A stretch of 64,000 nucleotides of DNA from Chthonomonas sp. (GCA_045862995.1 BTVX01000015.1:17259-81258), one strand, 5' to 3'; numbered from the stretch's first letter, positions 8,230-17,775 are shown. The notes: generated by a model not told the origin, from the sequence alone. Numbers and translations: made by a program.

Positions 8230-9801
8230 CTATTTCAAGTTGAATTCGGGGGATATGGCGACGAGCGCGGCGATGCCGGCGATTGCGTCGGCGCCTTGCG
8301 ATCGGTCCAGCGGCGTCTCGGGCGGCGCCCATTGCCTGATCGCATCGCGTAGCGTGGCAAGCATCGCGTCCTTCTCGGTGCCGGGAAGCAAGGTGTTGCA
8401 CCAGTGTTCGGCGGCTGCGCCCAGTGTTGCGACACTCTCGGGTGTGGCGGCGACCCAATCGTGGCGCGTGGATGGGTGGTCTTTGCTGGCCAACCAAAAC
8501 GCACCGTTCCAACGGCCCAGCATCGCGTTGGTGCCCAGCCAAGCCGAACCCTTGTCGGGGGGACCGTCGGGCGTCGGCCAGCCGAACATGCGCTCGCCCA
8601 TGACGAACGTCAGCCAGATCATGCCGGGGTCGGGCTTGACTTCCGCTCCCGTGGCACGCAGGAACGACACGAAGTACTCGAACGGGCGCTTGGTCTTCTT
8701 GCCCCAGGTCTCGGCGAACTCCTTGCTCTCCGCGATCACGCGCACCACGCGGGCGATCTGGTCGGGTGCCTTGTGGTGCCGCATCCACGCATCGGCGGCT
8801 CGGTTCACCAAGCCAGCGGGCGGGTCGTCGGAAACCAACTTGCGCACCAGCTTCGTCGCCAAGTGTTTCGCGGTCGCGGGGTGATCGGCGACCAGGTCCA
8901 GCACGCGCATGCCGTCCGCCATCGGTGGCGCGTTGGCCTCGAACTCGCGACCCAACACCCGCTTTTGGTATGGGTCGTGCCATGCCGCGTGGTACATGAA
9001 CTCGCCGGTGCTCGGCAGCGGCCCTTCGCCCGACCACGAGCCATCGGCCAGCGTCCAGCCGGTGAACGCCCGGGCGGCTTCGTACACGTCCTGATCAATG
9101 TAGCCCACCGGCTCGCCCTTGGTCGCGCCGGGCACGTCTCGCCACCGGTTGTACAGGTCGTTGAGATAGGCGTCTTTGCCCAAGGTGTGAAGTTCGAACA
9201 GTTCGCGCGCGTAGTTCTCGTTGGCCGGACTGGCCTTGCTTGATCGGTTGTTCAGGTACACCAGCATGGCGGGCGACTTGGCAACGTCCTCCAGGAAGGC
9301 GCGGAAGTTGCCAAGGGCGTGCTTGCGCATGATCCGATCGTAGTGCGGCCACGCGACGGCGATCGCCACATCGTCGTGCAGGGCGTTCACGTGGAAGTGA
9401 TCGTGCCAGAAGCCGACCATGACCTCGCGCAGTTGGTACGGGCTATACAGGGCGCGAATCCAAGTCGCGGCGTTCACTTCGTCGCGTGGGCGGACGCGCT
9501 CCTGATAGGGCATCGGCTTCTGCCAATCGCGCAGATGCCAAAGGCTCTTGAGGTCGGCATCGAGCGTTGTGAGCGGGCGATCCTCGTTGACTTTGGGCCA
9601 CTTGCCCGCCTCCTCGGGGTACTCGATGCGGAACTTCGCCTCGGCCAGTCGCCTGGAAGTTTCGGGGTCGTCGCCCACGGGGGGCGCGAGTTGTTCGTCG
9701 AGCCACCGTTTGAGTCCGGCCCGGCCCAGCCGTTCCAGGTCGGCGGCGTTGTGCCCGTAGGCAAGTCGGCCCAAGACGATTGCTTCCTTGGTAGGCTTCA
9801 T
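8230..9801 (-). CDS. DUF1800 domain protein
   Basis: ORF 8230..9846, start at MKPTKEAIVLGRLAYG. Contains ..FWHDHFHV.., ..YLNN..S.., ..NENYARELFELHTLG, the canonical DUF1800 blocks. Classic DUF1800-DUF1501 pair. Confidence 0.88.
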   Translation of the reverse strand: MKPTKEAIVLGRLAYGHNAADLERLGRAGLKRWLDEQLAPPVGDDPETSRRLAEAKFRIEYPEEAGKWPKVNEDRPLTTLDADLKSLWHLRDWQKPMPYQERVRPRDEVNAATWIRALYSPYQLREVMVGFWHDHFHVNALHDDVAIAVAWPHYDRIMRKHALGNFRAFLEDVAKSPAMLVYLNNRSSKASPANENYARELFELHTLGKDAYLNDLYNRWRDVPGATKGEPVGYIDQDVYEAARAFTGWTLADGSWSGEGPLPSTGEFMYHAAWHDPYQKRVLGREFEANAPPMADGMRVLDLVADHPATAKHLATKLVRKLVSDDPPAGLVNRAADAWMRHHKAPDQIARVVRVIAESKEFAETWGKKTKRPFEYFVSFLRATGAEVKPDPGMIWLTFVMGERMFGWPTPDGPPDKGSAWLGTNAMLGRWNGAFWLASKDHPSTRHDWVAATPESVATLGAAAEHWCNTLLPGTEKDAMLATLRDAIRQWAPPETPLDRSQGADAIAGIAALVAISPEFNLK

Positions 9802-9873
9802 GGCGGTTTGCTGATAGCATTGTACGACGGCCCGAGGAAAAACCAAGAGGCCAATTTCGCCGAGGCTTGAACG

Positions 9874-10293
9874 ATGGAGACCCGCTACCCCACCCAGGTT
9901 GATCTGTGGCTGTTGCTGGTCGTCGCGGCAGGCATGCTGGTCGGGACGTTTGCCGTCATCGCGGCGGGCGTCGAGAGCGGCGAGTGGGTCGCCGCTGGCG
10001 CGTTCGTTCTTGTGTGGGCGCTCGTCCTAGCTTTGGCTTGGCCGGTCGAATACGTGCTCTCTGACGAGGAGTTGGTCGTCCGCTCGGGCGTCATCCGTTG
10101 GCGCGTGCCTCTTGGCGAGTTCGTCTCGATCTCGGCCACCCGCGATCCGTCGTCCGCCCCCGCTTGGTCGCTCGATCGCCTGAAGATCACGTATGGCAAG
10201 AAGTCCATCATGATCTCCCCGGCCAGGCGCGAGGAGTTCCTCGATGACCTTGAGCAAAGGGTGCGAGACGCCAGACGGATGGCCAGCCGTTGA
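9874..10293 (+). CDS. Membrane-anchored bacterial PH (bPH) domain protein
   Basis: 139 aa with two N-terminal TM helices, then YVLSDEELVVRSGVIRWRVPLGEFVSI...LKITYGKKSIMISP, resembling YdbS/YdbT-type PH domains. Confidence 0.6.
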   Translation: METRYPTQVDLWLLLVVAAGMLVGTFAVIAAGVESGEWVAAGAFVLVWALVLALAWPVEYVLSDEELVVRSGVIRWRVPLGEFVSISATRDPSSAPAWSLDRLKITYGKKSIMISPARREEFLDDLEQRVRDARRMASR

Positions 10294-10297
10294 GCGT

Positions 10298-10810
10298 TCA
10301 GGGCAACGTGTTGACGGCCACGACTTTGACACCACCCCCCGGCGGTGCGCCCGGGCCGCACGCCGTGGGGCTCATCGCGGCGGTCGTGGCTTGGTCGGCA
10401 GGCACTTTGCTGGGTGCGTCGGCGGGTGGCGCGGCGGGTGCTCCGTGAGGCAGGTCGGAACCTGAGCCATCGCGCACCGGCTCGCCAGAATAGGGCTCTT
10501 GCAGGTGTTGGGCCGCCTGGTACGCCACGAACACGCCCGTTACCAGCAGCGCCGCCACCAACACCGTCCACTTGGCCGCGCGAACCACGGGGATCCACGG
10601 CTGCACCACGCGGCGCGGACGGCCCCGAACGCCGAGGCTCAGGCGATGCGAAAGATCTCCGAAGTCCTTCAGCCGTTGCTCGACTTTGGGGTTGAACGCC
10701 GCGCGGACCGCGATGAGCCAAGCCTTGGGCCCGCGAAGCTCGCCCAGTGCGAACAAAGCCAGGTCTTCTTCGTTCGTCGCTCTGGGATGCGTTGGGGGTT
10801 CCAGGATCAT
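10298..10810 (-). CDS. Anti-sigma factor, single-pass membrane protein
   Basis: Internal ATG of ORF 10298..11188 (MILEPPTHPRATNEEDLALFALGELRGP..). ATGA overlap with the sigma gene stop. One TM helix (WTVLVAALLVTGVFVAY) and a Pro/Ala-rich tail. Confidence 0.65.
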   Translation of the reverse strand: MILEPPTHPRATNEEDLALFALGELRGPKAWLIAVRAAFNPKVEQRLKDFGDLSHRLSLGVRGRPRRVVQPWIPVVRAAKWTVLVAALLVTGVFVAYQAAQHLQEPYSGEPVRDGSGSDLPHGAPAAPPADAPSKVPADQATTAAMSPTACGPGAPPGGGVKVVAVNTLP

Positions 10811-11397
10811 CGCCCCACCTCCAGGTCTTGCTGGCGAAGCATACGTTCCATATTGGCCAGCCCGCGATAGAACTGATACTTCACGGTGTTCAAGTTGCGG
10901 TCGAGGACCTCGGAAACCTCGCGCAGGTTCATCTCGCCCGCATAGTACAGATCGAGCACCTCGCGCTGCTCCTCGCTGAGCTGGGCCAGCAGCGAGCGCA
11001 CGTTCTCGCTGGATTCCAGGGCCGATGCGTGGTCGCTCGCCGAAGCGCGCTGGATGCCCTCGTCGAGTTGCACCGTCTGTGGGCGGCGCTTCTGCGCCCG
11101 GCAATAGTCGCGGTACTTGTTGAAGCAGATCGCGAACAGCCACGTCTTGAACTGGCTGCCCTGCCGAAACCTCGGCATCGCCGTCCAAGCCGCGATCCAG
11201 ACGTCTTGCAGGATGTCCTCGACCTGCGTGTCGCCGACCCGGCTGCCCAAGAACGTCCGAATCCCCGGAGAGTGGATCTCCCGGAGACGATCAAAGGCAG
11301 GTCTGGATCCCTGAGCCGCCTCGCGGACCAACTTGGCCTCCATCTCGGGCGACTCGTGAACCTCGGCCCGCAGGTTGGAGGCTTGCAGGTAGCTCAC
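10807..11397 (-). CDS. ECF-type RNA polymerase sigma factor
   Basis: Region 2 is ..EDILQDVWIAAW..FRQGSQFKTWLFAICFNKYRDY. Region 4 is ..LSEEQREVLDLYYAGEMNLREVSEVLDRNLNTVKYQFYRG. An alternative start at 11343 (MEAKLV..) is possible. Confidence 0.88.
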   Translation of the reverse strand: MSYLQASNLRAEVHESPEMEAKLVREAAQGSRPAFDRLREIHSPGIRTFLGSRVGDTQVEDILQDVWIAAWTAMPRFRQGSQFKTWLFAICFNKYRDYCRAQKRRPQTVQLDEGIQRASASDHASALESSENVRSLLAQLSEEQREVLDLYYAGEMNLREVSEVLDRNLNTVKYQFYRGLANMERMLRQQDLEVGR

Positions 11398-11549
11398 GCG
11401 CGATATGAACTGGGTCTCAGAGGTTTGGATGCATCATTGGTCGTTGGAGTTCCCCCCGATTGTTGGAAACGACCCAGGGCCCTGAATCCTCGCACGCCGC
11501 CGAGGTCTCTCTAGGGTCATACTCCCATTTAGCGGAGCGACTCAAGACC

Positions 11550-12101
11550 ATGCACCCCAACATCACCGTCGCCGAACTCAAGAGCCGTCTCGAACACGGA
11601 GAGCCCATCCAATTGGTGGACGTCCGTGGCGCAGACGAATACGCCGTGGGCCACATCCCCGGCGCGATCAACATGCCCCTGGCCGAAGCCGAAAGCCGCG
11701 TGGACGACTTGGCCCGACGCTCGCCCGTCGTCCTTGTCTGCCAATCGGGCCGCCGCGCTGGAATGGCCTGCGAACTGCTCCAAGAGCACCACGATGGCCT
11801 GCTGGTGCTCGAAGGCGGCACCCAGGCGTGGATGTCCGCGAACAACCCCGTCGTCTCCAGCCTCGCGACGCGCTGGGCCCTGGAACGTCAGGTGCGCCTG
11901 GGCGCGGGCCTGATGGTCCTTGTCGGCGTGATCCTTGGCTTCCTCGTCCACCCCGGCTGGTTCGGCCTCGCGGGATTCGTCGGAGCGGGCCTCACCTTCG
12001 CCGGGCTCACCAACGTGTGCGGCATGGCGATGGTCCTTGCCAAGTGCCCATGGAACCAACCCGCCAAGTCCTCCGCGCCCACGCAGGAGGCCCTGCGATG
12101 A
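11550..12101 (+). CDS. Rhodanese domain fused to a DUF2892 (YgaP-like) membrane domain
   Basis: Internal ATG of ORF 11460..12101. Rhodanese active-site loop is VLVCQSGRRAG. The C-terminal two-TM segment ends ..GLTNVCGMAMVLAKCPWN. Confidence 0.85.
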   Translation: MHPNITVAELKSRLEHGEPIQLVDVRGADEYAVGHIPGAINMPLAEAESRVDDLARRSPVVLVCQSGRRAGMACELLQEHHDGLLVLEGGTQAWMSANNPVVSSLATRWALERQVRLGAGLMVLVGVILGFLVHPGWFGLAGFVGAGLTFAGLTNVCGMAMVLAKCPWNQPAKSSAPTQEALR

Positions 12102-13507
12102 TCCTGAAGCGCTTTTACGAGAACCGCCTCGCGCACGCCAGCTATCTCGTAGGCTGTGCAGCAACGGGCGAAGCCGTCGTCATAGACCCCAACCGAGACT
12201 TCGACCAGTATCTCGAAGCTGCCTCCGCGGAGGGGCTGCGGATTTCAGCGGTCACCGAGACGCACATCCACGCCGACTTTCTCTCGGGCAGCCGCGAACT
12301 CGCCCAACTGACCGGTGCCACGCTCTACCTCAGCGACGAGGGCGATGCCGAGTGGAAGTACGCGTTCGGCGACAACGTCCAACTGGTCAAAGGCGGCGAT
12401 GAGTTTTGGATCGGCAATCTGAGGGTCGAAGTGATGCATACGCCGGGCCATACGCCGGAACACATCTCCTTCCTGGTGACCGACACTCCCGCGGGTTCGA
12501 CCGTCCAGAGCGCGTTCACGGGAGACTTCGTGTTCGTGGGCGACGTCGGCCGTCCCGACTTGCTCGAAAAAGCCGCCGGCTATGAAGGCACGATGGAGGC
12601 CGGAGCGAGGCGCTTGTTCCGAACGATCCAGCGCTTCAAAGCCCTTCCCGATCACCTGTTGGTCTGGCCCGCCCACGGGGCGGGGTCGGCGTGCGGCAAA
12701 TCGCTCGGCGGCGTGCCCGTGAGTACGCTGGGCTACGAGAAAGCCACGAATTGGGCGTTCAAGATCGCCACCGAGGAGGAGTTCGTTCGGGAAGTGCTCT
12801 CCGGCCAGCCCGAGCCGCCGGTTTACTTCGCGCAGATGAAGGTGCGCAACAAGATCGGCCCGGCGATTCTGGGCGGAGAGCGCGTGCCTCCGCACCTGGG
12901 CGATGCCCGCATCGCCGACATCATGAAGGCGGGCGCGCCCATCGTGGACCTCCGACCCTCGACCGAGTTCGGCGCGGGGTTCATCCCCGGGACGCTCAAC
13001 ATCCCCATGGGCAAGAGCCTGACGAACTGGGCGGGCTGGCTGTTGCCCTACGACACCCCGTTCTACTTCATCGCCAGCACGCACGAGGAGGCCGCCGAGG
13101 CTGCCGCGGCCCTTCGCATGATCGGGCTCGACGATGCGGCAGGCTGGTTCACGCCCACCGTCCTCGACGCTTGGGTCGCCGCTGGCGGCTCCTTGGGCGA
13201 AATCGAGCAGATCGACGCCGACGAGTGCGCCCGCCGAGGCGGAACCTGCCGCGTGATCGACGTGCGAGGCCTCACCGAATGGGAGGAGGGCCGCATGCCC
13301 TTCAGCGAACGGCGCTACCTGGGCACGCTCCGCAAGAACCTCGACGGGTTGTCTCGCGAAGAGCCGATCGTGTTGCACTGCGCGGGCGGCGGACGCTCCG
13401 CGATCGCCGCGAGCGTGCTCGCCGCCGAAGGGTTTGGCAGGGTCGCGAACGTGGTGGGCGGATTCGGCGAGTACGCCCGCCGAGGTCATCCGACCGTCTC
13501 CGGCTAG
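12098..13507 (+). CDS. MBL-fold persulfide-dioxygenase-like protein fused to two rhodanese domains
   Basis: ATGA-coupled ATG inside ORF 11828..13507, MILKRFYENRLAHASYLVG. Metal motif is TETHIHADF, with ..HTPGHTPEH.. downstream. The C-terminal rhodanese has the loop VLHCAGGGRS. Confidence 0.85.
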   Translation: MILKRFYENRLAHASYLVGCAATGEAVVIDPNRDFDQYLEAASAEGLRISAVTETHIHADFLSGSRELAQLTGATLYLSDEGDAEWKYAFGDNVQLVKGGDEFWIGNLRVEVMHTPGHTPEHISFLVTDTPAGSTVQSAFTGDFVFVGDVGRPDLLEKAAGYEGTMEAGARRLFRTIQRFKALPDHLLVWPAHGAGSACGKSLGGVPVSTLGYEKATNWAFKIATEEEFVREVLSGQPEPPVYFAQMKVRNKIGPAILGGERVPPHLGDARIADIMKAGAPIVDLRPSTEFGAGFIPGTLNIPMGKSLTNWAGWLLPYDTPFYFIASTHEEAAEAAAALRMIGLDDAAGWFTPTVLDAWVAAGGSLGEIEQIDADECARRGGTCRVIDVRGLTEWEEGRMPFSERRYLGTLRKNLDGLSREEPIVLHCAGGGRSAIAASVLAAEGFGRVANVVGGFGEYARRGHPTVSG

Positions 13508-13537
13508 CGCAGCGAGCAACCACGCTACAAACAAGAA

Positions 13538-13567
13538 ACGGGCCCGGTCGCACTCGACCGGGCCCGT
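13538..13567. terminator. Bidirectional hairpin between convergent genes
   Basis: ACGGGCCCGGTCG-CACT-CGACCGGGCCCGT, a 13-bp GC stem, flanked by AAACAAGAAAC upstream and CTTAATT downstream. It lies between the stops at 13507 (+) and 13585 (-). Confidence 0.6.
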
Positions 13568-13584
13568 CTTAATTGACGCGACCT

Positions 13585-15402
13585 CTAGGCTCCAGACTGA
13601 CCGAAGTTTTTGCGAATGATCAGGAAGTCGTTCGCATTGACCGTGTTGTCCTTGTTGAGGTCGGCGTTGGCGTTCCAGTTGCCGCTGCCGGGGGAAGAGC
13701 CGAACGCGGCGCGCAGGGCCAAGAAGTCCGGGATGCCCACGGAGTTGTCCCCGTTGACGTCGCCGTTCTTCAGCGTGAAGTTCTGACCCGTTGCACCGCC
13801 CGACGTGATGTTCACGTTGGTGCGCTTCGAGGTCAGCCACGTTTGGCCGCGACACGTGATGTCGTAGGTGCCCGTCAACGTGGACGTGAACGAGTACACG
13901 CCGTTGGCCGCAGGGACCGGATTGTAGGTCGCGACGACCGTGCTCGTGCCCGGGTTGAGCAACTGCACCGTCAGGACTTGGTCGGTCAGCGCGCCGGTCA
14001 GGTCTTCCAAGGTCACCGTTCCACTGACCACGGGGCTGGACTGCACCTCGATGCTGAGGTTGTACATCTGGACGTCGTTCGTTCCCGAGCCGAAGACCCG
14101 GATGAAGAACGGACCCGAGCCGTTCAACTGGAAGTTCGTCAGCGTTTCGCCCTGGCCCGCCCCGTTGGTGTTGACCGTGGTGAGCACCGTGGTCCCGTTC
14201 GTGTCGCGCACCTCGAACCCGAGGTTCTGGCGATTGAGCGTGTTGTACGAGGCCGTGGTGCCGTTGCAGCCGCTCGACTGGTTGCCGATCGTGTAGGTCG
14301 CCCCGGTGGGATTCAACGTGACGTTGATCTTGGCGCTGGCAGGTACCTGGAACTTGTAAAAGTCCACATCGGACGTCTTGTCCAGGCTGACCTGGTTCGT
14401 CGGGTGGACCCCGACGCCGAGCGAGCCGAGATCGGTCGCCGTGCCCGAGGTGTCGTTGTTCTCGAACCGGTCGCCGTAAAACCAGTTGCCGGCCAAAATG
14501 TCGTCCAACTGCACCAGGTCGAAGTTGGTGTTCAGGAACGGCTCCATGAGCTTGGTCCCGTCGCAGGGAACCGAGTGGCCAAAGCCCAGTCCGTGGCCGT
14601 GCTCGTGGCCGAGCGTGTTCCGGAGGAAGCGGTAGTCGTTCGTGGACGACTGCCAGTTCTCGTCGGTGTCAATGACCATGTCGCCGCTTTGAGGATAGTA
14701 GTTGTAGGCCAGGACGCCCGATTGGCCGTCCAGCGACTTGCCCGCGATGCGGCAGTCCCCGCGCACGCCGGTCGAGCCTGCAGAGCCGCCCGCATTGAGT
14801 TCCACGCCGTCGTCGTTGTTCTCTTGGGTGTACACCAGGCCGGCCACCTGTCCCCAACGCTCGATGGCGGCCGTCAGTTTGGTCTTCCAGAGCGATCCGC
14901 CGAACTTGGCGTTCATCTGGGCGTTGAGGTTGCTGGGTCCACCCCCGAAGCCCGCATTGGGGATGTTGGTCCCGTCTGGAACGTAGGAGTACGTCAGCCG
15001 AACAGGATCGCCGTTGCTGCCCGTGCTGGTCTGCTGGGCGGTCCGACTCCAGCGGGTGCCGGCGTTGTACCAAGGCTCCTGATTGCCCGCCAGCGAGTTG
15101 GAGAACTGCCACATCACGCGGCCGATGTACTTGGGATCGGTGCCCGCCGCAAAGAGCACCGAGACCTTCACACCGTCTGCGGTCGTCCCGATGACGCACA
15201 TCGGACGATCGTCCGCCGGGTCGCCGAGTTGGGTCAAAGTCGAGGCCGGGGCACCCGAGACCGAGGCATCCACCCCGGTCAAGGCGCAATCCGCCTTCGG
15301 CATGGTTGAATCCGAAACGAGCCAAGCCGCCGTACCGGCGACCGACACCGCTGAAGCGACCCCAAGGGCCAGCAAAAGTTTGGTTTTCACGATCCTGAGC
15401 AT
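13585..15402 (-). CDS. Secreted zinc metalloprotease (HExxHxxGxxH) with PPC and dockerin-like domains
   Basis: Start at MLRIVKTKLLLALGVASAV, preceded by a GGAGGA RBS. Zinc motif LGHEHGHGLGFGH. Pre-peptidase C-terminal-like block DRFENNDT..DVDFYKF. C-terminal dockerin repeats GDVNGDNSVGIPDF and ADLNKDNTVNANDF. Confidence 0.82.
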   Translation of the reverse strand: MLRIVKTKLLLALGVASAVSVAGTAAWLVSDSTMPKADCALTGVDASVSGAPASTLTQLGDPADDRPMCVIGTTADGVKVSVLFAAGTDPKYIGRVMWQFSNSLAGNQEPWYNAGTRWSRTAQQTSTGSNGDPVRLTYSYVPDGTNIPNAGFGGGPSNLNAQMNAKFGGSLWKTKLTAAIERWGQVAGLVYTQENNDDGVELNAGGSAGSTGVRGDCRIAGKSLDGQSGVLAYNYYPQSGDMVIDTDENWQSSTNDYRFLRNTLGHEHGHGLGFGHSVPCDGTKLMEPFLNTNFDLVQLDDILAGNWFYGDRFENNDTSGTATDLGSLGVGVHPTNQVSLDKTSDVDFYKFQVPASAKINVTLNPTGATYTIGNQSSGCNGTTASYNTLNRQNLGFEVRDTNGTTVLTTVNTNGAGQGETLTNFQLNGSGPFFIRVFGSGTNDVQMYNLSIEVQSSPVVSGTVTLEDLTGALTDQVLTVQLLNPGTSTVVATYNPVPAANGVYSFTSTLTGTYDITCRGQTWLTSKRTNVNITSGGATGQNFTLKNGDVNGDNSVGIPDFLALRAAFGSSPGSGNWNANADLNKDNTVNANDFLIIRKNFGQSGA

Positions 15403-15502
15403 TCCTCCAAGAATGTCGTCCCGAAACAAACGGATACGACCATGGTCTTGGGACGACGTTGGAGGCGAGATCGTTCGTTTCGGGGAAGTTGAGGTTCCCA
15501 TT

Positions 15503-16168
15503 TTAGCGTAAAACGCGCCATGCGTCCAACAGAGTTGCGGCAAACCGGTCGCGATCCCAGGTCTGGGTCGCCCCCCGGTGGGGTCTTGGGAACACCGTCG
15601 CGGGGTCCACGAGGGGCTCGCCGCAAGGAATGCTCGCCTGCACCAGCACCGACCCATCGGCCAACGAAAGTGCGCAACCGCAAACCTTCGCCCCGGTTCG
15701 CGAATCCACGATGTCGTTTGGAGAAACATGGGCGAAGCAATCACCCGTCCGTTCGCCGCCGCGCACGAAAGGCGTCTCCTCGGCGAGCGCCGCATCCAAC
15801 CCGCATTCGCGCAACGCCGCGACGAGAGGTGCCGTCAGGGCGCGGTAGGTCCGCTTCACCGCCCGGTCGCGGATTCCCGCAGGCACGTCGGGCAGCAGCG
15901 CATCGAGCCGCGCCGCGAGACCCAACGTGACATCGTGACCGTGCAACACGGCCTTTCCTCCCGTCGGACGGCGTACGGTCGGCACCGAACACCCGGCGAG
16001 GATCTCGCGCTCGTCGCGTTGGAACATGCCCAGACTGACCCACGGGCCGCTCCACCCGTAGACGCGGCCAGCGGCTTCATGCTCGGCGAGCGATTCGATC
16101 AGGGCGCGGTCGCGGGCCATGTTGGTCGGCCCATCGTGGCAGCCGTCCGAGACCAATGCGAGCGTCAA
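15503..16168 (-). CDS. Biotin/lipoate A/B protein ligase family protein (LplA/LipB-like)
   Basis: 221 aa with the motif VRRPTGGKAVLHGHD (compare RRxSGGGAVxHD of lipoate ligases). ATGA-coupled to the upstream gene. Confidence 0.7.
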   Translation of the reverse strand: MTLALVSDGCHDGPTNMARDRALIESLAEHEAAGRVYGWSGPWVSLGMFQRDEREILAGCSVPTVRRPTGGKAVLHGHDVTLGLAARLDALLPDVPAGIRDRAVKRTYRALTAPLVAALRECGLDAALAEETPFVRGGERTGDCFAHVSPNDIVDSRTGAKVCGCALSLADGSVLVQASIPCGEPLVDPATVFPRPHRGATQTWDRDRFAATLLDAWRVLR

Positions 16169-17040
16169 TGATCGAGCCTCTGCCGAATCGAGTCGTCCAA
16201 CTCGCGCTCCGCCCGCTTCAGCGCGCCGATCTCGCTCAAAGTCAGGTCAATGGCCGAGGCCGAGGATTGACGCGCAGCGGTCATGGGACGAACCTGCGGA
16301 GCCGGCGCCTGCTCCATCTCGTCGGCCAAGGTTCTCAGCTTGGTGCCGATTTGGTGCAAGGGCCGCAGCAACGCCGGCTGGTACCCGTACACGTCTTCGT
16401 CCGTAGAAGCGTGCTTGACGCCGAGTTTCTTGAGCAAGTCGTCCACGTCCACGTCGAAGAAGTCCTCCGCCCACTCCAGTATCTCCGGAGAATTCGAGCG
16501 TCGCTTGTCCGAAAGGCTCGCTCTGGCAAGGTAGATCGCCTCGAGCATCGCCTCGTCGCAGGCTCGCAAGGCCTGATCGCGGACCGCGAACCAATGACCT
16601 TCCAGAACGTCGGGACTCCACGCCGGCGAATCCAACGCGGCCCGAACGCGGCTCCAATGGAACGCGCACGCCTCGAGCACCTCGGCGGTGGGCACGTCCA
16701 TGTAGCGATGCAACCTGCGTCCCTTCACGTGTTCGAGCATCTTCTTGGCCGCCTTGTGCGCCTCGACCACAGCCTTCTTGGCCTCGTCCCTGGGGTGGAA
16801 GTTGTTGCGGTACAAGACCACCCAGCCCGTCCAGACGGCGCCCAAGGCCGCCAATCCGCCGAGCATCATCGCGGGCGTGTCGGTGATGGCGGTGGCGAGT
16901 CCAGCCACGACAAGAGAGGTGATCGTGCCGCCGACGCCCAGACCGATCAGCCAGCCCTCGGCCCGCTCCAGCGGGGAGGTCTTGTGCACATGCTCCAGGT
17001 ATTCCCGGAGTTTCGGAAAATGCCGACGCTTCTTGGACAC
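16165..17040 (-). CDS. Hypothetical two-TM membrane protein with a helical C-terminal domain
   Basis: ORF 16165..17127. The start was moved to GTG 17040 (VSKKRRHFPKLREYL..) because the ATG at 17127 would overlap the divergent peroxiredoxin start. No recognisable family. Confidence 0.5.
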   Translation of the reverse strand: MSKKRRHFPKLREYLEHVHKTSPLERAEGWLIGLGVGGTITSLVVAGLATAITDTPAMMLGGLAALGAVWTGWVVLYRNNFHPRDEAKKAVVEAHKAAKKMLEHVKGRRLHRYMDVPTAEVLEACAFHWSRVRAALDSPAWSPDVLEGHWFAVRDQALRACDEAMLEAIYLARASLSDKRRSNSPEILEWAEDFFDVDVDDLLKKLGVKHASTDEDVYGYQPALLRPLHQIGTKLRTLADEMEQAPAPQVRPMTAARQSSASAIDLTLSEIGALKRAERELDDSIRQRLDH

Positions 17041-17125
17041 GGAACGGCCTATTGTGCGTGATTCTCGGGTCGGGTCTGGGCCCTGGCTCGGGAACCCCTT
17101 GCTCGGCTTGCGGCTTGAGAAAGGC

Positions 17126-17740
17126 ATGCGCTCCCTCGTCGCCTCGCTCGTTGTCCTTGGTATCGCCGCCTTTTCCGCCTCTCAGGTCGCTCCGAGCGCG
17201 GCCGAGGCGAAGCCCCTTAAAGCGGGCGACACAGTCCCCTCCGTCACCCTTCGAAGTGCCTCCGGCGAGTCCGTGCGGCTGGCCGATGCGCTGGCCGGGA
17301 AGAAGACCGTGGTCGTGTTCTATCGCGGCGGCTGGTGCCCGTTCTGCAACCGCCATCTTGCCGAACTTGCCGGCATTCAGGGCGACTTGGCCCGGTTGGG
17401 CTACCAAACCATCGCCATCAGCCCGGATCGGCCCGAGGAACTCGCCAAGGCCGAAGCGCAAGGGAAGGTCGAGTACAGGCGGCTGTCCGATTCGAAGGCC
17501 GAGGCCATCCGCGCCTTTGGGCTCGCGTTCCGGGTGGACGACAAGACGTTCGAGACCTACCGCGACCAGTACAAGATCGACTTGGAGAAGTCCTCGGGCG
17601 AGGCGCACCACCTGCTCCCCGTGCCAGCCGTCTTCCTGACCGACGAAAAGGGGATGATCCGGTACGCCCACACCAACCCCGACTACCGCGTGCGCCTCAA
17701 GGGCGCCGATCTGCTGGCGGCGGCTCGGTCGTCCAAGTAG
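17126..17740 (+). CDS. Secreted AhpC/TSA-family peroxiredoxin-like protein
   Basis: Internal ATG of ORF 16745..17740 with signal MRSLVASLVVLGIAAFSASQVAPSAAEA. Redox motif is VVVFYRGGWCPFCNRHL. Confidence 0.85.
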   Translation: MRSLVASLVVLGIAAFSASQVAPSAAEAKPLKAGDTVPSVTLRSASGESVRLADALAGKKTVVVFYRGGWCPFCNRHLAELAGIQGDLARLGYQTIAISPDRPEELAKAEAQGKVEYRRLSDSKAEAIRAFGLAFRVDDKTFETYRDQYKIDLEKSSGEAHHLLPVPAVFLTDEKGMIRYAHTNPDYRVRLKGADLLAAARSSK

Positions 17741-17775
17741 AGTTTGCTTGCGGGTTCGCGGAGCGAGTCGAGCTC

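Noticed and set aside
12245-15309. Long ORFs 12245..13855 (-) and 13573..15309 (+)
   Set aside because: They are antisense to the MBL-rhodanese gene and the metalloprotease gene respectively. The opposite strands carry clear catalytic motifs.
17125-17128. Divergent genes both starting in the palindromic GCATGC (minus ATG at 17127, plus ATG at 17126)
   Set aside because: Overlapping divergent start codons leave no promoter space. The minus-strand gene was re-started at the in-frame GTG at 17040, while the peroxiredoxin ATG is supported by its signal peptide.
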